DNA of 63,387 nt, filler included, from Craspedostauros australis (lineage: Eukaryota), in the NCBI GenBank assembly GCA_030167865.1. It is 13 parts of 13 records of this genome, joined end to end, with 100 filler letters (N's around TTAATTAATTAA, not from the genome) between each part and the next. Parts side by side here need not be neighbours in the genome. Positions count along the whole stretch, not along the records: positions 1 to 3,251 come from JALAGF010005935.1; positions 3,352 to 5,608 come from JALAGF010005936.1; positions 5,709 to 16,562 come from JALAGF010005937.1; 10 more parts are not named here. The stretch is one strand, 5' to 3'. A program made the position numbers and the translations under genes. Below, in pieces: positions 1-12,050 of the stretch (within the stretch, counting starts at the first letter, position 1; each line of letters opens with the position of its first letter). Below the pieces are notes generated by a model. It was not told where the DNA came from. It saw nothing but the letters and a program-made list of their open reading frames with translations, and made no database searches.

Positions 1-56
1 GGAACATACCCTCTAGTACAAGGTACATGGTCTAGAGAGCACTCCATTCCACTCCA

Positions 57-57
57 G

Positions 58-88
<31 letters not shown>

Positions 89-100
89 ACCTACCTACCT
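57..100 (+). repeat. (GCCT)8(ACCT)3 microsatellite
   Basis: Directly visible tetranucleotide tandem run. Confidence 0.95.
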
Positions 101-546
101 ACTGAAGGCGACATCTGGTTGGAACTTTGAAGGTCGCTGCGCCATGGGCGAAAACAAGGTTGCTTCGATCAAACCAAACTACTCCGCTGTCCTCTACTCC
201 GCTCGCAATTGTTGCGCTCGCTCGTATGGCCGTGTGCAGTCGCCCACCGTTGGTGTGTGCTCGGCTCTGTGTGCGTAGCTCGTACTACGTGGCATATGGT
301 ACGATCTACGAGTGTTTCCACCAAGCGGCACGGACTCTCTCCGCTCGCACCATGACCTCGATCAACAACTCTCACAAGTACAAATGCAAGTATGAATGAG
401 ATCTCTGGGGGAGATCGATGATCGTTCAATTCCATGAATTAGTAACGAATGCATAATATTGTATTAATGGTATTTTAATTTTGATGCCGACATGGGCATT
501 CGCGAGTATGGCTTTCGCATCGCCATCGTGCGCAAAGGTTGACAGC

Positions 547-1900
547 TCAACCATCGAAGCAGCCCGGTGGGGTTGGGCAGATGGATGGGTCGGCGCTCAA
601 AATGGCATCCCTGTTGGCTCTGGCATATTCGACGACCCTCTTCGCATTCACCACCTCCCCGTCCATCTCAGCAAGCTTTGCGCCGACGATGAAAGCGCAG
701 TTGCCACTGGCTCCGGATCCGCGCGGCTGCTCCAACATGTCACAGAAGTTATCAAAATAGAGGGTACCCTTCATGTGAGCAAAAAAGTATCCCCCCATCG
801 TATTGCGGATGGCATCACGTTCGGTAATACGGAAATCGGTGTCGATTGGCGTTTCCGGAGCCAACCCGGGAGGATTTGTGCTGGAAACTGGTTCAACAAC
901 GGTCATGAAGAATAAGGGGAAGAGATCGACGATGACCCTCTCCAGAAAGAAGGTTGATGCGAGATCCATTTCTGCCAAAGTATCCATGTAACCGTCTCCA
1001 AGACTGATGGAAGCGGTGGAGAATTCCTGGAAGGTCTTGGCGCCGGATAGATCGGTGATTAGTACGCGAATCGTCCCTGCCTCGGTCAGTAGCCCAGTAG
1101 CAGTCCCGCCGGACGTGAGCAGAGGGTTGTCGAAACCACCTGGCAGCCCCTGCCGGATCCCTGCCTGCAGCTGCAGGATGAGTTCGTCGGTAACGGTTGG
1201 AGAACCGGCGGAGATTGCCTTCAGCAAGGCTGTATTTTCCAGAAGTTGTCCCTTCACACCTTGCATTTGGATCCTTGCCACTTGCGTGTTGTCGATGGCA
1301 GGATCGAGCGACCAAAACTCGATGAGCTTCTTGAGAGTATCGCAAGACGTCTCGGTGAATTCCCCGTTTCGTCCGATCCCTGGATTGCCGTCCACGCAGG
1401 CATCGACACCAACAATCACTTGTACTGCGTTGACAAGCGTGGTGCCCGGTGAACCGACAGGAATGACGGAGGCTCCAGCCAGTTGCTCGATGAGTTGCAT
1501 GCTTTGAATTTGACCGAGGTGGCGGTAATACCAAGCAGAGTCGCTGCGCCTCCATGCCTCCGTGTCAACCCCTGGTTGATTGGGCGGGAATCCTCCTTGC
1601 TTGGATTTCTTCGTCTGAAGTTTGCGGTCGGCGCCTTTGAGACGGCGAGTTCTTTGGAGCATGAGTTGCAATTCTATTGTGATGGAGGAAGCGGGAGGAG
1701 AATACACATTGAGAGGAATGTAGACGTATAGATGGACATGGAGATGTGAGTTGGATGGTCATCCATGCAGTTGTTGGGCACATGTATTCTTCGGCAGGCC
1801 TGGAGCATCTCGTGATGCTTTGCGTACCTTCGCCCAAGGTGAAGCCCATGACGGAGCTCATGATCGAGAGGAACAGAGTTGCTTTGCCGAAGGAAACCAT
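547..1900 (-). CDS. Two-exon secreted protein of unknown function, 399 aa (exons 1900-1828 and 1673-547)
   Basis: Exon 1 encodes a signal-peptide-like MVSFGKATLFLSIMSSVMG. A phase-1 GTACGC...CAATAG intron (1827-1674) joins it in frame to the long ORF (73+1127 nt = 400 codons). RRL and RKL motifs follow the signal peptide. Confidence 0.8.
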
Positions 1901-3251
1901 GATGAAGATCGGATGCTTGAGTCAGAGTAGGTAGAATAGGGTATTGGTTTGTGAGTGCTGCTGGTTGCTGGTTGCTGTGTGTTGCTCGTTGTTTTGGTTG
2001 TCAGCGAATGCTTTTTGTGAGGACGAGGAGTGAGTTGCGACGAGCGAACTTCATCCACGAAGAAGCACAAGACGAGCATCTGTGGCCATAGGTTTGTGTT
2101 GTGTGTGCGTGTGTGCGTGCAGAGGACGAGCCCCATGTATCGTACGGCTCGAGAGCAGAAGCACAATCTCTTGCTGGCAACTTTCGGAGCGCCTCTCGCG
2201 TTGCAGTGGTATCATGAAGCGGAATGCAGCGAAAGCTCGTCAAGTGAACTCAGTCTTTCTGGCATGAGCGAACTGGAAGTGCTCTGGTGATAGTATTTTC
2301 GTTGCCAAGATGTGATCCTGTGCCTCTTTTGCCCCCATCGTTGATTCAAGAGTTCCAGTGTCGAGATTGGCTCTGCATTTACTCGTCCACAAGTACCACT
2401 GGTGTCATTGTATGGTTAGCAGGACAGCATGATACTCTCGTTCCATGCCTGCGCAGGGCGTACCGACGTGCATGCGAAGGGGTGCACGGCGAAGTGGAAA
2501 GAAGATGTCACTATCTCTTCTCTGGGGACATGAGGCAGGAGGCGGGTGTGCTATACTGGCAGCGAAGCCGACGGCAACCAGGGTGCGTCATAATACGAAT
2601 ATCACAGAGGTAACCACATTCGTGCTGGCATGGTACGTATGGCAACCGTGTATGCAATATTAGGCCCTTGTATTTCTTGTGATGATCTCGCAAGGAAGAA
2701 ATTAACAACAAGTCGGCACAGAAGGTTCAAGCGAGGAGGTACAGAGACACTCGCCAATGTCCCAACTGTCCACAAGAGCGCCCCAGTTCCCGCAAACCGG
2801 GATATGTATGAAACCGTTGAAACGACGTTACACGATAGACGCTGTTACCACTCATGGACGACACAGTAATGCAGCCAACACACTGACGCATACGACATCG
2901 ATAAGACTCATAATCTGCATCTTTACTCTTTTTCACTCTAAATCGGTTTCACGTGTGTCGTAACTTGGTTTATCATTCTCATCCGCTCATGCGGGCATGT
3001 GCGAGCGTGCAGGGACCGCCTGAAGAGGCGACGATAATACTGGGACCCCGCTCCGAGGGTGGACCGTCACCAAGCCGGCACTGCTTGTACTGTGCTGCAT
3101 CCTCTTTGACCATGATGTGTTGACGCAATGTGACCGGCGTCAACGGGATGCAATCTCACCGTTCGCATTGCGAGGTGTTGATGACACTGGTGGACGCACC
3201 GACCGTAGGTCACACGGAAATCCCTACTGAGACACACGCTGTCATCAGCGA

Positions 3252-3351
3252 NNNNNNNNNNNNNNNNNNNNNNNNNNNNNNNNNNNNNNNNNNNNTTAAT
3301 TAATTAANNNNNNNNNNNNNNNNNNNNNNNNNNNNNNNNNNNNNNNNNNNN
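3252..3351. other. Artificial scaffold linker N-run/TTAATTAATTAA/N-run (also near 5653, 16607, 23314, 33887, 36121, 40409, 43075, 48690, 50120, 53290, 60990)
   Basis: The same 12-mer, with stops in all six frames, is centred in each ~100-nt N block. It splits the window into 13 unrelated scaffolds. Confidence 0.97.
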
Positions 3352-3771
3352 GCAGTGTTCCGCACAGATGCTGCCAAGCCCAGGAATGCACCACCAGGTG
3401 TCTTTCACTACAAGAACGTTGGTTGGTACAGCAAGGAATGGCATACTGCCACATGGTTGGAGCAACACGGAAAAAAGGTGATGCCCATCCAACGAGCAAG
3501 GGTGGAACGAAGACAATTGGTGGCAGAGAATGTGGTGCCCATGGTGATTTCTGCGAAGTCTGGTTGGAAGCGGAAAACTACCAACAACGACAATCCATCA
3601 ACTGCCAGAGGAGTGCGACTGTGCCCAGGATGCGGCGAGCTCGGCCACTTCCTTCACAGTTGCCCAAAACCAATTCCATCTACCCTTGAGAAGAGCAAAA
3701 AGAAACAAGTTGACAAGATTCTTCCCCATGTGATGAACCAACTGGGAGGCAGCGTGCAGGATGAAGAATAG
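3352..3771 (+). CDS. C-terminal fragment of a probable Mutator/MULE transposase with a CCHC zinc knuckle
   Basis: YSKEWHTATWLEQH...VP...SGWKRK followed by CPGCGELGHFLHSC resembles MULE C-termini. The 5' part is cut by the scaffold start. Confidence 0.5.
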   Translation, partial: AVFRTDAAKPRNAPPGVFHYKNVGWYSKEWHTATWLEQHGKKVMPIQRARVERRQLVAENVVPMVISAKSGWKRKTTNNDNPSTARGVRLCPGCGELGHFLHSCPKPIPSTLEKSKKKQVDKILPHVMNQLGGSVQDEE

Positions 3772-3983
3772 ACTAACCCATCATAGCACAATGGTATAGT
3801 TTGCCATTACATTCCCTGTAGATAACACTCTGTAATGCAATGCTGATGTAAAGTAGTCTGTTGCATCATCAAGGCTCCAGAAGTGTCTCATGCTATCAGC
3901 ACAAAATCGAATAGTGCTAAGTACGTTACTCCCGTAGCCCCCACTATTTATAAATTTCACTTGTGTTCGGATCAGCAATCGCA

Positions 3984-4054
3984 TCGCCTGTAGCTCAACG
4001 GTGGAGCACCAGTAATTCTAACTGAGGTTCTGGGTTCGAATCCCAGCATGGTAC
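3984..4054 (+). pseudogene. tRNA-like sequence (tRNA pseudogene or SINE head)
   Basis: A-box TAGCTCAACGG, perfect T-arm CTGGG-TTCGAAT-CCCAG and a T-run downstream. The acceptor stem is mismatched and the anticodon loop is non-canonical. Confidence 0.65.
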
Positions 4055-4269
4055 TTTGCTTTTGCTCTCCCCTTGTGATTTTACGATAGTGCTCTAATAC
4101 ATGCTGTCCACGGTGTGCCATGAATTGGCAAGGTATGCATTAGAAGGCCCAAGATGATGGCATTTGAACACTTGGAGAGCATCAAGGGCGTTCGACTGGG
4201 TACACTCCCAGCTTACCAGGACCAGGATCCTTCTGGAAGGTATTCAAATCTGAGTTTGTAGATATCGAG

Positions 4270-4637
4270 TGCTGTGGGTGACAGTACTGTGAGCTACGCA
4301 TCGAACTGTACAGTAGATTGTCAATATGTGCATATAAAATGTCAAACACAATCAAATCCAACCCGGCGGGCACGTACAACACACCCCAAAGGACCTGGTC
4401 ACGAAGTATGAGGTCTCCAATCCATCTGGAAGGCATCCATATCTGAGAATCTAGATTTCGAGTGGTGCTGTGGGTGGTCGTACTACGAGCTACGCACCAT
4501 AGTGTACAGTAGATTGTCAATATGTGCATATAAAATGTCAAACACGATGAAATCCAACCCAGCGCCCACTTACAACACACCCCAAAGTGTCTGGTCACGA
4601 AGTATGAGGTCTCCAATCCATCTGGAAGGCATCCATA
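4270..4637 (+). repeat. Diverged tandem duplication of a ~200-bp unit
   Basis: GTACAGTAGATTGTCAATATGTGCATATAAAATGTCAAACAC...CTGGAAGGCATCCATATC occurs twice with substitutions and no gap between the copies. Confidence 0.85.
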
Positions 4638-5608
4638 TCCACAAGGATTTTTCGTCGCACAAAAGTCGAAAAGTTGCGTCAGGACGCAACAGTCTCAGAA
4701 AATTTCGATTTCTTGCGTCAGGACGCAAACTGAGAATTAGCGTGGGAATTTAACACGATGAAAAAATTGCATCGACTAGTTGGACTGATGGCCTCAAAAA
4801 CATCCTCCTCTTGTGCGGACTTCCTTCGTGTTATTTTCCGAGCTTTTTTCTCGTGTTGTTTTCGCGTAGTGTTCAGTGTTCTCTAGATCAAGCACATACT
4901 CTAGAGGATGCTGCCATTTGCAGTNNNNNNNNNNNNNNNNNNNNNNNNNNNNNNNNNNNNNNNNNNNNNNNNNNGCATATAAAATGTCAAACACGATGAA
5001 ATCCAACCCAGCGCCCACTTACAACACACCCCAAAGTGTCTGGTCACGAAGTATGAGGTCTCCAATCCATCTGGAAGGCATCCATATCCACAAGGATTTT
5101 TCGTCGCACAAAAGTCGAAAAGTTGCGTCAGGACGCAACAGTCTCAGAAAATTTCGATTTCTTGCGTCAGGACGCAAACNNNNNNNNNNNNNNNNNNNNN
5201 NNNNNNNNNNNNNNNNNNNNNNNNNNNNNNNNNNNNNNNNNNNNNNNNNNNNNNNNNNNNNNNNNNNNNNNNNNNNNNNNNNNNNNNNNNNNNNNTTTCT
5301 CGTGTTGTTTTCGCGTAGTGTTCAGTGTTCTCTAGATCAAGCACATACTCTAGAGGATGCTGCCATTTGCAGTGATCATGAGGATGCCAGCTCTAGTTTG
5401 TTGGTACCATATTAGTAATAACACTACCACAACAGCATAGACGTCGTGTTTTGTTTAGCTAGCCAGTGTCTTCATGTCTACTCGACTACGTGCATTTCTT
5501 CGTGTATCAATAGGACCTGCGGTCCTTTCCGTGCCTACTTCACATTGAGCAGTTCCTCTCCAGGCATCTTCACATGGAATCAGTGTCTAATTCATTCATT
5601 GTGAGGTG
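4638..5608 (+). mobile_element. Dispersed repeat family A, copy 1 (contains an assembly duplication)
   Basis: Near-identical to 10352-10870. It has a sharp 5' end ATA|TCCACAAGG and two TTGCGTC-AG-GACGCAA palindromes. Confidence 0.8.
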
Positions 5609-5932
5609 NNNNNNNNNNNNNNNNNNNNNNNNNNNNNNNNNNNNNNNNNNNNTTAATTAATTAANNNNNNNNNNNNNNNNNNNNNNNNNNNNNNNNNNNN
5701 NNNNNNNNACGTCATGTTCGATGACCGTAGTGACCGAATATCAATCGTGTATCAAGACTCACTCGACTATACTCTCAAATCGAGTCGAATCACAAAATAG
5801 TGAATCACGTTTCAGTCATGGGAGATGGGTACCTAATTTCGATCTAGATGTTGATAAGCCTCGTGCCCCCACAAACAAACAACACACTGGAGTACGACCT
5901 GCAGAGAATGTAAAATGACCCAAGCCAACAAG

Positions 5933-7290
5933 CGATAACACTAGTTGTGGAGTTTTACTCGTCATGAGTTGTGATAAAGTAGACTAAAATAGAGCACACC
6001 CAAAACCATCCAAACAACTGCTTATGATGCTATATCTCAACAACATATCACTTACAATTAAAACTAGACAGTGCATTCGGACGCGTGGCTATCATTGATT
6101 CTGAATATCGAAGTTAAATTTGTATGAACTTTATTTTTAATGTCGTTTTGGCTTGCTGTCTGTCAGGTGGTGGACACCAAAAATTCTCGATGGCACCATG
6201 CTGCACTACCTTCAGCACCCATGATCATCATTATCATCCCTGGCATTTTCACAATCCGCGCACTACATTGGCTCCGCACACCCCCCATCTATCCACTCCA
6301 TGAAGGACAGGCAAATCTGGGTGTATTGGATATCCCAAAGGCTCCCTGCACTGAAACGCAGAAATTTCGAACACCCGATTCCGACATGGATGCCGTTCGT
6401 ATTTGGATCCGTATCTCGTTGATACGACTGTTGCAGCTCCTCCACATGCCCCTCATGCATTCCCACATTCTCTGGCGACACACTTATGTGCTCAGAATAG
6501 GTGGGGCGCTCATACCTCCAAAGGTACATCTCCATGTGATGATGTCATCATGCTGTTTTTCCGACACCCCAAAAAGTCCCTTTTGTGTGCATCGCAGGTT
6601 GCAGCCTCTTCCAGACCTTTGATTTGTGCGGCGCTTCATGAACCTATCCCTGAGTTAATTCTGAACACATCTTGGATGGGTGGCTTGGCGATCTGGGTGA
6701 CTTGTGAATGGCACCCATCACCAGCGAAGTCACGTGATGTGTCCGCCGCCACACACCAAAAAACTCTTGCCCGCCACTTGTTTCTTGCGGAGGGCACCTT
6801 CCAGGCCACCCCCGACCCTCAAACTTCGTGTGCATCTTCATCTTATCCTCTTGGATGCGTGTTGCCCATCAATGGTTGTTGGAATGGCCTGTGCATTCCA
6901 GGCAGAGACCATATCCAACAAGCAGATTTTCCTCCGAATCGTGTTGTTTGCGCGTGGGCCTGCCACGGCCCCAAATCAACCACGATGGCATCCCCCTCTC
7001 GCTCATCCATCAATCTTTCCATGGCGGTTCCGCCTATGTGCTCAGATCTTGCACTGGACCGCTGGTTGTGACAGTGCTGTCGATGCCGTTTGATGGCGTT
7101 TGTGGAGTGTTGTTGTGTTTCTCCATTGTCGTGTTGTTGTGTTGTGTTTGGTGTTCTCAAACAGTTCTTGCTGTTGGGGGCCATGGAGATTAACCACAAT
7201 TCTACCAAATGCGCCCATCAATGAGAACACTTTTCGAGTCCCGAATTGCGAATCCATTCCACAACACCAAAACTCTCCTCACAAAGTGGA
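5933..7290 (+). mobile_element. Dispersed repeat family B copy (left TIR present; right end not found, end coordinate approximate)
   Basis: Starts CGATAACACTAGTTGTGGA and is collinear with 45424-46930. Confidence 0.7.
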
Positions 7291-7478
7291 CAACGGAAAC
7301 ACTGCGCATCTGGGACGAGCTGCTGTTGGTTCTCTGCTGCTTGTGGTTATGGCTTGCACAACAATGTAGAATGACTGTGACCCTCCACATGGGAAAGAGT
7401 GGATGATACGATGCACCTTGTGACTGTCCTCCAATGTTGCCCATGCCCCTATGATGCGCTGCGCCGTGCTGTGCGTCG

Positions 7479-10153
7479 ATGGCTGGTGATGCGATGCGAT
7501 GCGTTGCTGTCCTCGTATTTCTGGTGTGTGTTGCAACGCGCCTTTCAACTCAACTGCAGCCTCCATCAACACAGTACACACAATTGTGCAATCACTGTAC
7601 TCTTCACCTTGCAAATATGCTGCGCGCTGGTGATTGTGTGAAGGTGGCCCCTCACACGGACTCAAATGACAGGATCCGTGACCTGGGCGTATTTCATGTT
7701 GAGTTTGCAATGAAACTGACTGCTGAAGGCGCTACGATCAAACGCGATGGGCCTCTTGCACCAGGAGAGGTGGCAATGGTCATGGTGACCCCAGTGATGA
7801 GGCAGAGCCGAATGTGCGTTGTTCGTGAGGATCTGTGCGCGCCACACGGCCTCGCTACCTTCGCACGGACTTGCACTGCTGGTGGCCTTGCTAAGCCTTC
7901 CCTCCTTTCTCCCCAGCATCACTCCGTCGCTGCTACACATGTCAACAACAAGGCTAAGCCCCCCACACCATCCCCAACTACCACGGAATCGCAAGATGCC
8001 AACATCGCGGCTTTTCTCGAGCTGGCACGAGAGCACAGGACAGCAGCCATCGCCTGTCTCACGAAGCAGATGGAGAAAGGCGCAACAACGAAAGGATGGA
8101 TGCGAAAGGATAGAGGGCGTAGCAACACTAAGACCACCAATAGAAAGAAACAACTTGGCAGAGATGAAAAGCAAACCTACATTGTTCTCTACTTCAATTT
8201 GGGTGCAATCCCAGCCAACACGAAATTGATCGCGCACGCTTGGGATGTTGACCGCACCACTGTTGCCCGGAATATCAAGAATTTCCAACAGNNNNNNNNN
8301 NNNNNNNNNNNNNNNNNNNNNNNNNNNNNNNNNNNNNNNNNNNNNNNNNNNNNNNNNNNNNNNNNNNNNNNCATCTTCGCAAAGCAAATGCGGCTTAAAC
8401 ATCCAAGACAACGGTTGACAACTGATGACATCTCTGATGCCTTTGACCATGCTTCTCCTGAGGAGCTGGCATCCGCAAAATCCCTGTCTGATTCGTGGTT
8501 GGAGCGCGGTCCGTTCCTGCAATTTGAGCTCCAGGATGTGTTGCAACGATGCAATGGCGCAATCTTGTGGGACGATGTTGCACGCGAACTTATAGGAAGG
8601 GGCAGTGTCCAATGCGTTTGCGCAGAAACCATTCGAACATACGTGATGGGATTGGAGGGCAGCGAATACCGTTCTACAACAATGCTCCCCAAGATCAAGG
8701 GCATCATCAAGGTGAAGCGCAACATCTGGGCCAAGGACTTCTGTGTGTTCTGGGAATCAGCTGAGCAGTTCCCGAATACGCAAGTTGTTGTTGTCCACAT
8801 GGATGAGAAGTGGTTCTACTCTATTGTTGCTTGGCGCAACCTCAAACATGTGCCCCAAATGGGAGTTAAGCCTGTGAAGTATGCTGTGCACCACAAGTGC
8901 CACATTGACAAGACCATGGCAATTGCATCAACAGCGTTCGCTCCAACAGACACCTGATTTGGGCAAGGAGGAAAGGCGTATAAGGTGAACTTCGAACGTG
9001 TTGGGCGCATGGTTCGAGCGCAGAAGACCACATACAAGCGAACTTGGGTCTCGCCAACCAAGTACAAGCACCTTCCTGATGACAACAAAATCTCTCGCAA
9101 GAAGGGTGAACTGTACTTTCAACCACTGGAGATCACGGGCAGCAAGGAATCAGTTGGTGCGCCTGATAACCCAAGCCAAAATACAGCCTCAAGAAATTCT
9201 TCCGCGAAAAAGAAATCCCTGCACTGGTTTCGCTCGCCAACAAAATCAAGGCCGAAACGGGAAAGAACGTGGTGATTCGGTACCAGATGGATGGCGCAGG
9301 GCCACACAGAGACACGGAACTACTCAGGTTCATCAACGAGGAGTTCGACAGTTGCGGATGGCACCTACGATTCCAACCATCGAATTCTCCCATCACGAAT
9401 GTGAAAGACGATGCGATATTCCCAGCGATGTCAAAACATGTGTCAGCACATCAAGGTAAGCACTATGGGAGTCGCATGTTCACCACTGATGCATTGTGGG
9501 GTGCTTGTGGAACCTGTTGGGAGCAATTTGGGCTGGACAAGCTGGCTCGCACGTATGTTCGCCGCCATCAGATCGCCTACGCAATTTGTGCTGCGGAAGG
9601 AGGTGACGAATTTGTGACGGAGCGCAAGGGCCTGAGCATGAACGTGCAAAAACAAACGTTCACTGAAACTGACGAGAATGGCAACAAGATCGGCGTTACC
9701 GTGTCTCACACGGACTTCGTGTTGGAGGAGGACGAGGCAACCAACGCGACCACCAAGAAGCCAACCGCAACAGGCAACAAAGGCAAATCAACTGGCTTCA
9801 AGTACACCAAGCCCAACATCAAAGGTATGTACGATGATGCGCTCAAGGTGATGGCTGTCAGTGGACTGCAGTGCCTGAAAACGAACCTGCGAACAACCAG
9901 CAGCCTCATTCCGTTGCTGGAGAAGCAAATCGTTGTGACCACCAGAGCCAATGAGGAGGCTGAGCAACAGAAGAAAGACGAGAAGAGAAAGAAGACGCCC
10001 AGCAAGAGCAAAGCCGATATCATTGAGCCTCACAACAACAACAGCAAGACTGAGGCAGCACCCACCATGAGCACATTCGAAGTGACCATGTTCGTTGGCA
10101 AGGCCGAGCATCACAGCAAAGCAGAGCAGGACAGCAACACAGCAGAGATGTAG
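7479..10153 (+). pseudogene. Tc1/mariner (DD39D-like; here DD38D) transposase pseudogene
   Basis: Motifs VHMDEKWFY (D at 8802), QMDGAGPH (D at 9290) and QPSNSPITNVKD (D at 9407). There is an in-frame TGA at 8955-8957 and a frameshift near 9170. Confidence 0.8.
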
Positions 10154-10351
10154 CTGCAAATCAAAGTAGTATTCTTCTATGTTTTAGACACACCTGTGAT
10201 TGGAGTGTTTGTGTGCGCATCGTCTGCTTGATGGCATGGAGGATTGTGATGTGATGTGTTGTGTTTGAGTTTTTTTGTGACGAGGACCGTTATTTTTGTG
10301 TCGCGGTTGGTGCGCGTCGCCACACGATCGGTATTAGAACGAAATCGAATA

Positions 10352-11045
10352 TCCACAAGGATTTTTCGTCGCACAAAAGTCGAAAAGTTGCGTCAGGATG
10401 CAACAGTCTCAGAAAATCTCGATTTCTTGCGTCAGGACGCAAACCGAGAATTAGCGTGGCAAATTAACACGACGAAAAAATTGCATCGACTAGTTGGACT
10501 GATGGCCTCAAAAATATCCTCCTCTTGTGTGGACTTCCTTCGTGTTATTTTCTGAGCTTTTTTCTCGTGTTGTTTTCGCGTAGTGTTCAGTGTTCTCTAG
10601 CTCAAGCACATACTCTAGAGGATGCTGCCATTTGCAGTGATCATGAGGATGCCAACTCTAGTTGGTTGGTACCATATTAGTAATAGCACTACCACAACAG
10701 CATAAACATGGTGTTTTGTTTAGCTAGCCAGTGTCTTCATGTCTACTCGACTACGTGCATTTCTTCGTGTATCGATAGGACCTGCGGTCCTTTCCTTGCC
10801 TACTTCACATTGAGCAGTTCCTCTCCAGGCATCTTCACATGGAATCAGTGTCTATTTCATTCATTGTGAGGTGAGATGTGCATCTTGGTTTGTGTTTGCA
10901 TCTATTTTGCGTCCTGTTCCGTTGGGTCCAACCTCATTGCATGATCCAATCGAATCAAGATCGCCATCCGTGTGCTTATCTTTCAAGCAAAGATTGCTTG
11001 CTGCATTGAGAAACATGAATGAGTTAGTACTATCATGAATAAGAA
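10352..11045 (+). mobile_element. Dispersed repeat family A, copy 2
   Basis: Matches the copy starting at 4638 and the reverse complement of 23855-24969. Confidence 0.8.
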
Positions 11046-11850
11046 GATGTACATATGTGATAGCAGGACAGCAATCGGATTCTCTCACATTCTGGCTGCA
11101 CGCATGACCGCCGCGAATGCAGTTGCCTTCCCACACATTAGTTTCTGCCAACCAAAGGGATCTCACTTGACAACAGTACAGGTACATACTGGCAAACACC
11201 ATCTGCTTCTATTGTTTGTATGCCTCATGTGGTCTCAGAATTGAACTCCGCACAGGAAGAACATCCATGCCTTTGTTGGTGCAAAATCTTGCGTGAGATT
11301 CTTTTTTGCAGCAGGGATGCGCCAAGTGTTGGAAGTCCAAACCCGGTAAGCACAAGCTTCAGGACAATTGACAGAGCATTACATTTTATTTGAAGCAATG
11401 TGGAATGAAAGAGAGCCTTGTACTTGCAAGAAAACCAAGATTGTTGATGATCAATGTGCAGAGGCAAATTGTCGTGCAGAAGGCACGAACTATGTGCCCC
11501 AAACAGCACCACAGATAACACAGAGCTGATGGGTGAGTGGAAACACTCTTTTAACTGAGAAGGAGCGAAAATAGGCAGCAAAGCTGGCAAAGAGAATGGT
11601 AGTTTCACAACAGGAAGGAGGACGACGGAGCCGGATGCGAAATATCTGGCTCCTTTCCTCCTCTACGCAAGCTGGAGAGTATGAAAGAGGCAAAGAATGT
11701 GATTTACAACACATAGAATCACTAATGTATGGATTGCAACATTGAGAAGGTTGTTTTGATACTATTGTTGCTGGAAGTGGAGCGCAGATAAGATGTGCAT
11801 CCATCAGTACAAAACAACACGGTACCTTCCACCTCACTCACTCGGCAAAC

Positions 11851-12050
11851 CGATAGCACTAGTTGTAGAGTTTTTGCTGTTTTTCTGGCCAGAATGAGTC
11901 GTGTTTGGATGATCCCGGGAGTATCGGCAATGCTCTCAACACTACAGTTTCTAAAACCAACGAGTGGCCAGTGGCGTGACTGGTCGCAACTCACAAAACT
12001 GAGCAACAGAGGTTTGCGTTGTTGTCGAACACCCATCATCATGTTATGGC
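11851..12050 (+). repeat. Diverged terminal fragment of family B
   Basis: CGATAGCACTAGTTGTAGA is the exact reverse complement of 46912-46930. Similarity beyond it is weak. Confidence 0.5.

Noticed and set aside
2287..3251. Possible decayed gene upstream of the secreted protein
   Set aside because: Only short ORFs with no recognisable motif.
4975..5180. Apparent tandem duplications next to 50-N gaps (also 17194, 24608, 34818, 42428, 44645, 49286, 55846, 57262, 59110, 62734)
   Set aside because: Near-identical overlaps flanking fixed-length gaps are typical scaffolding artefacts.
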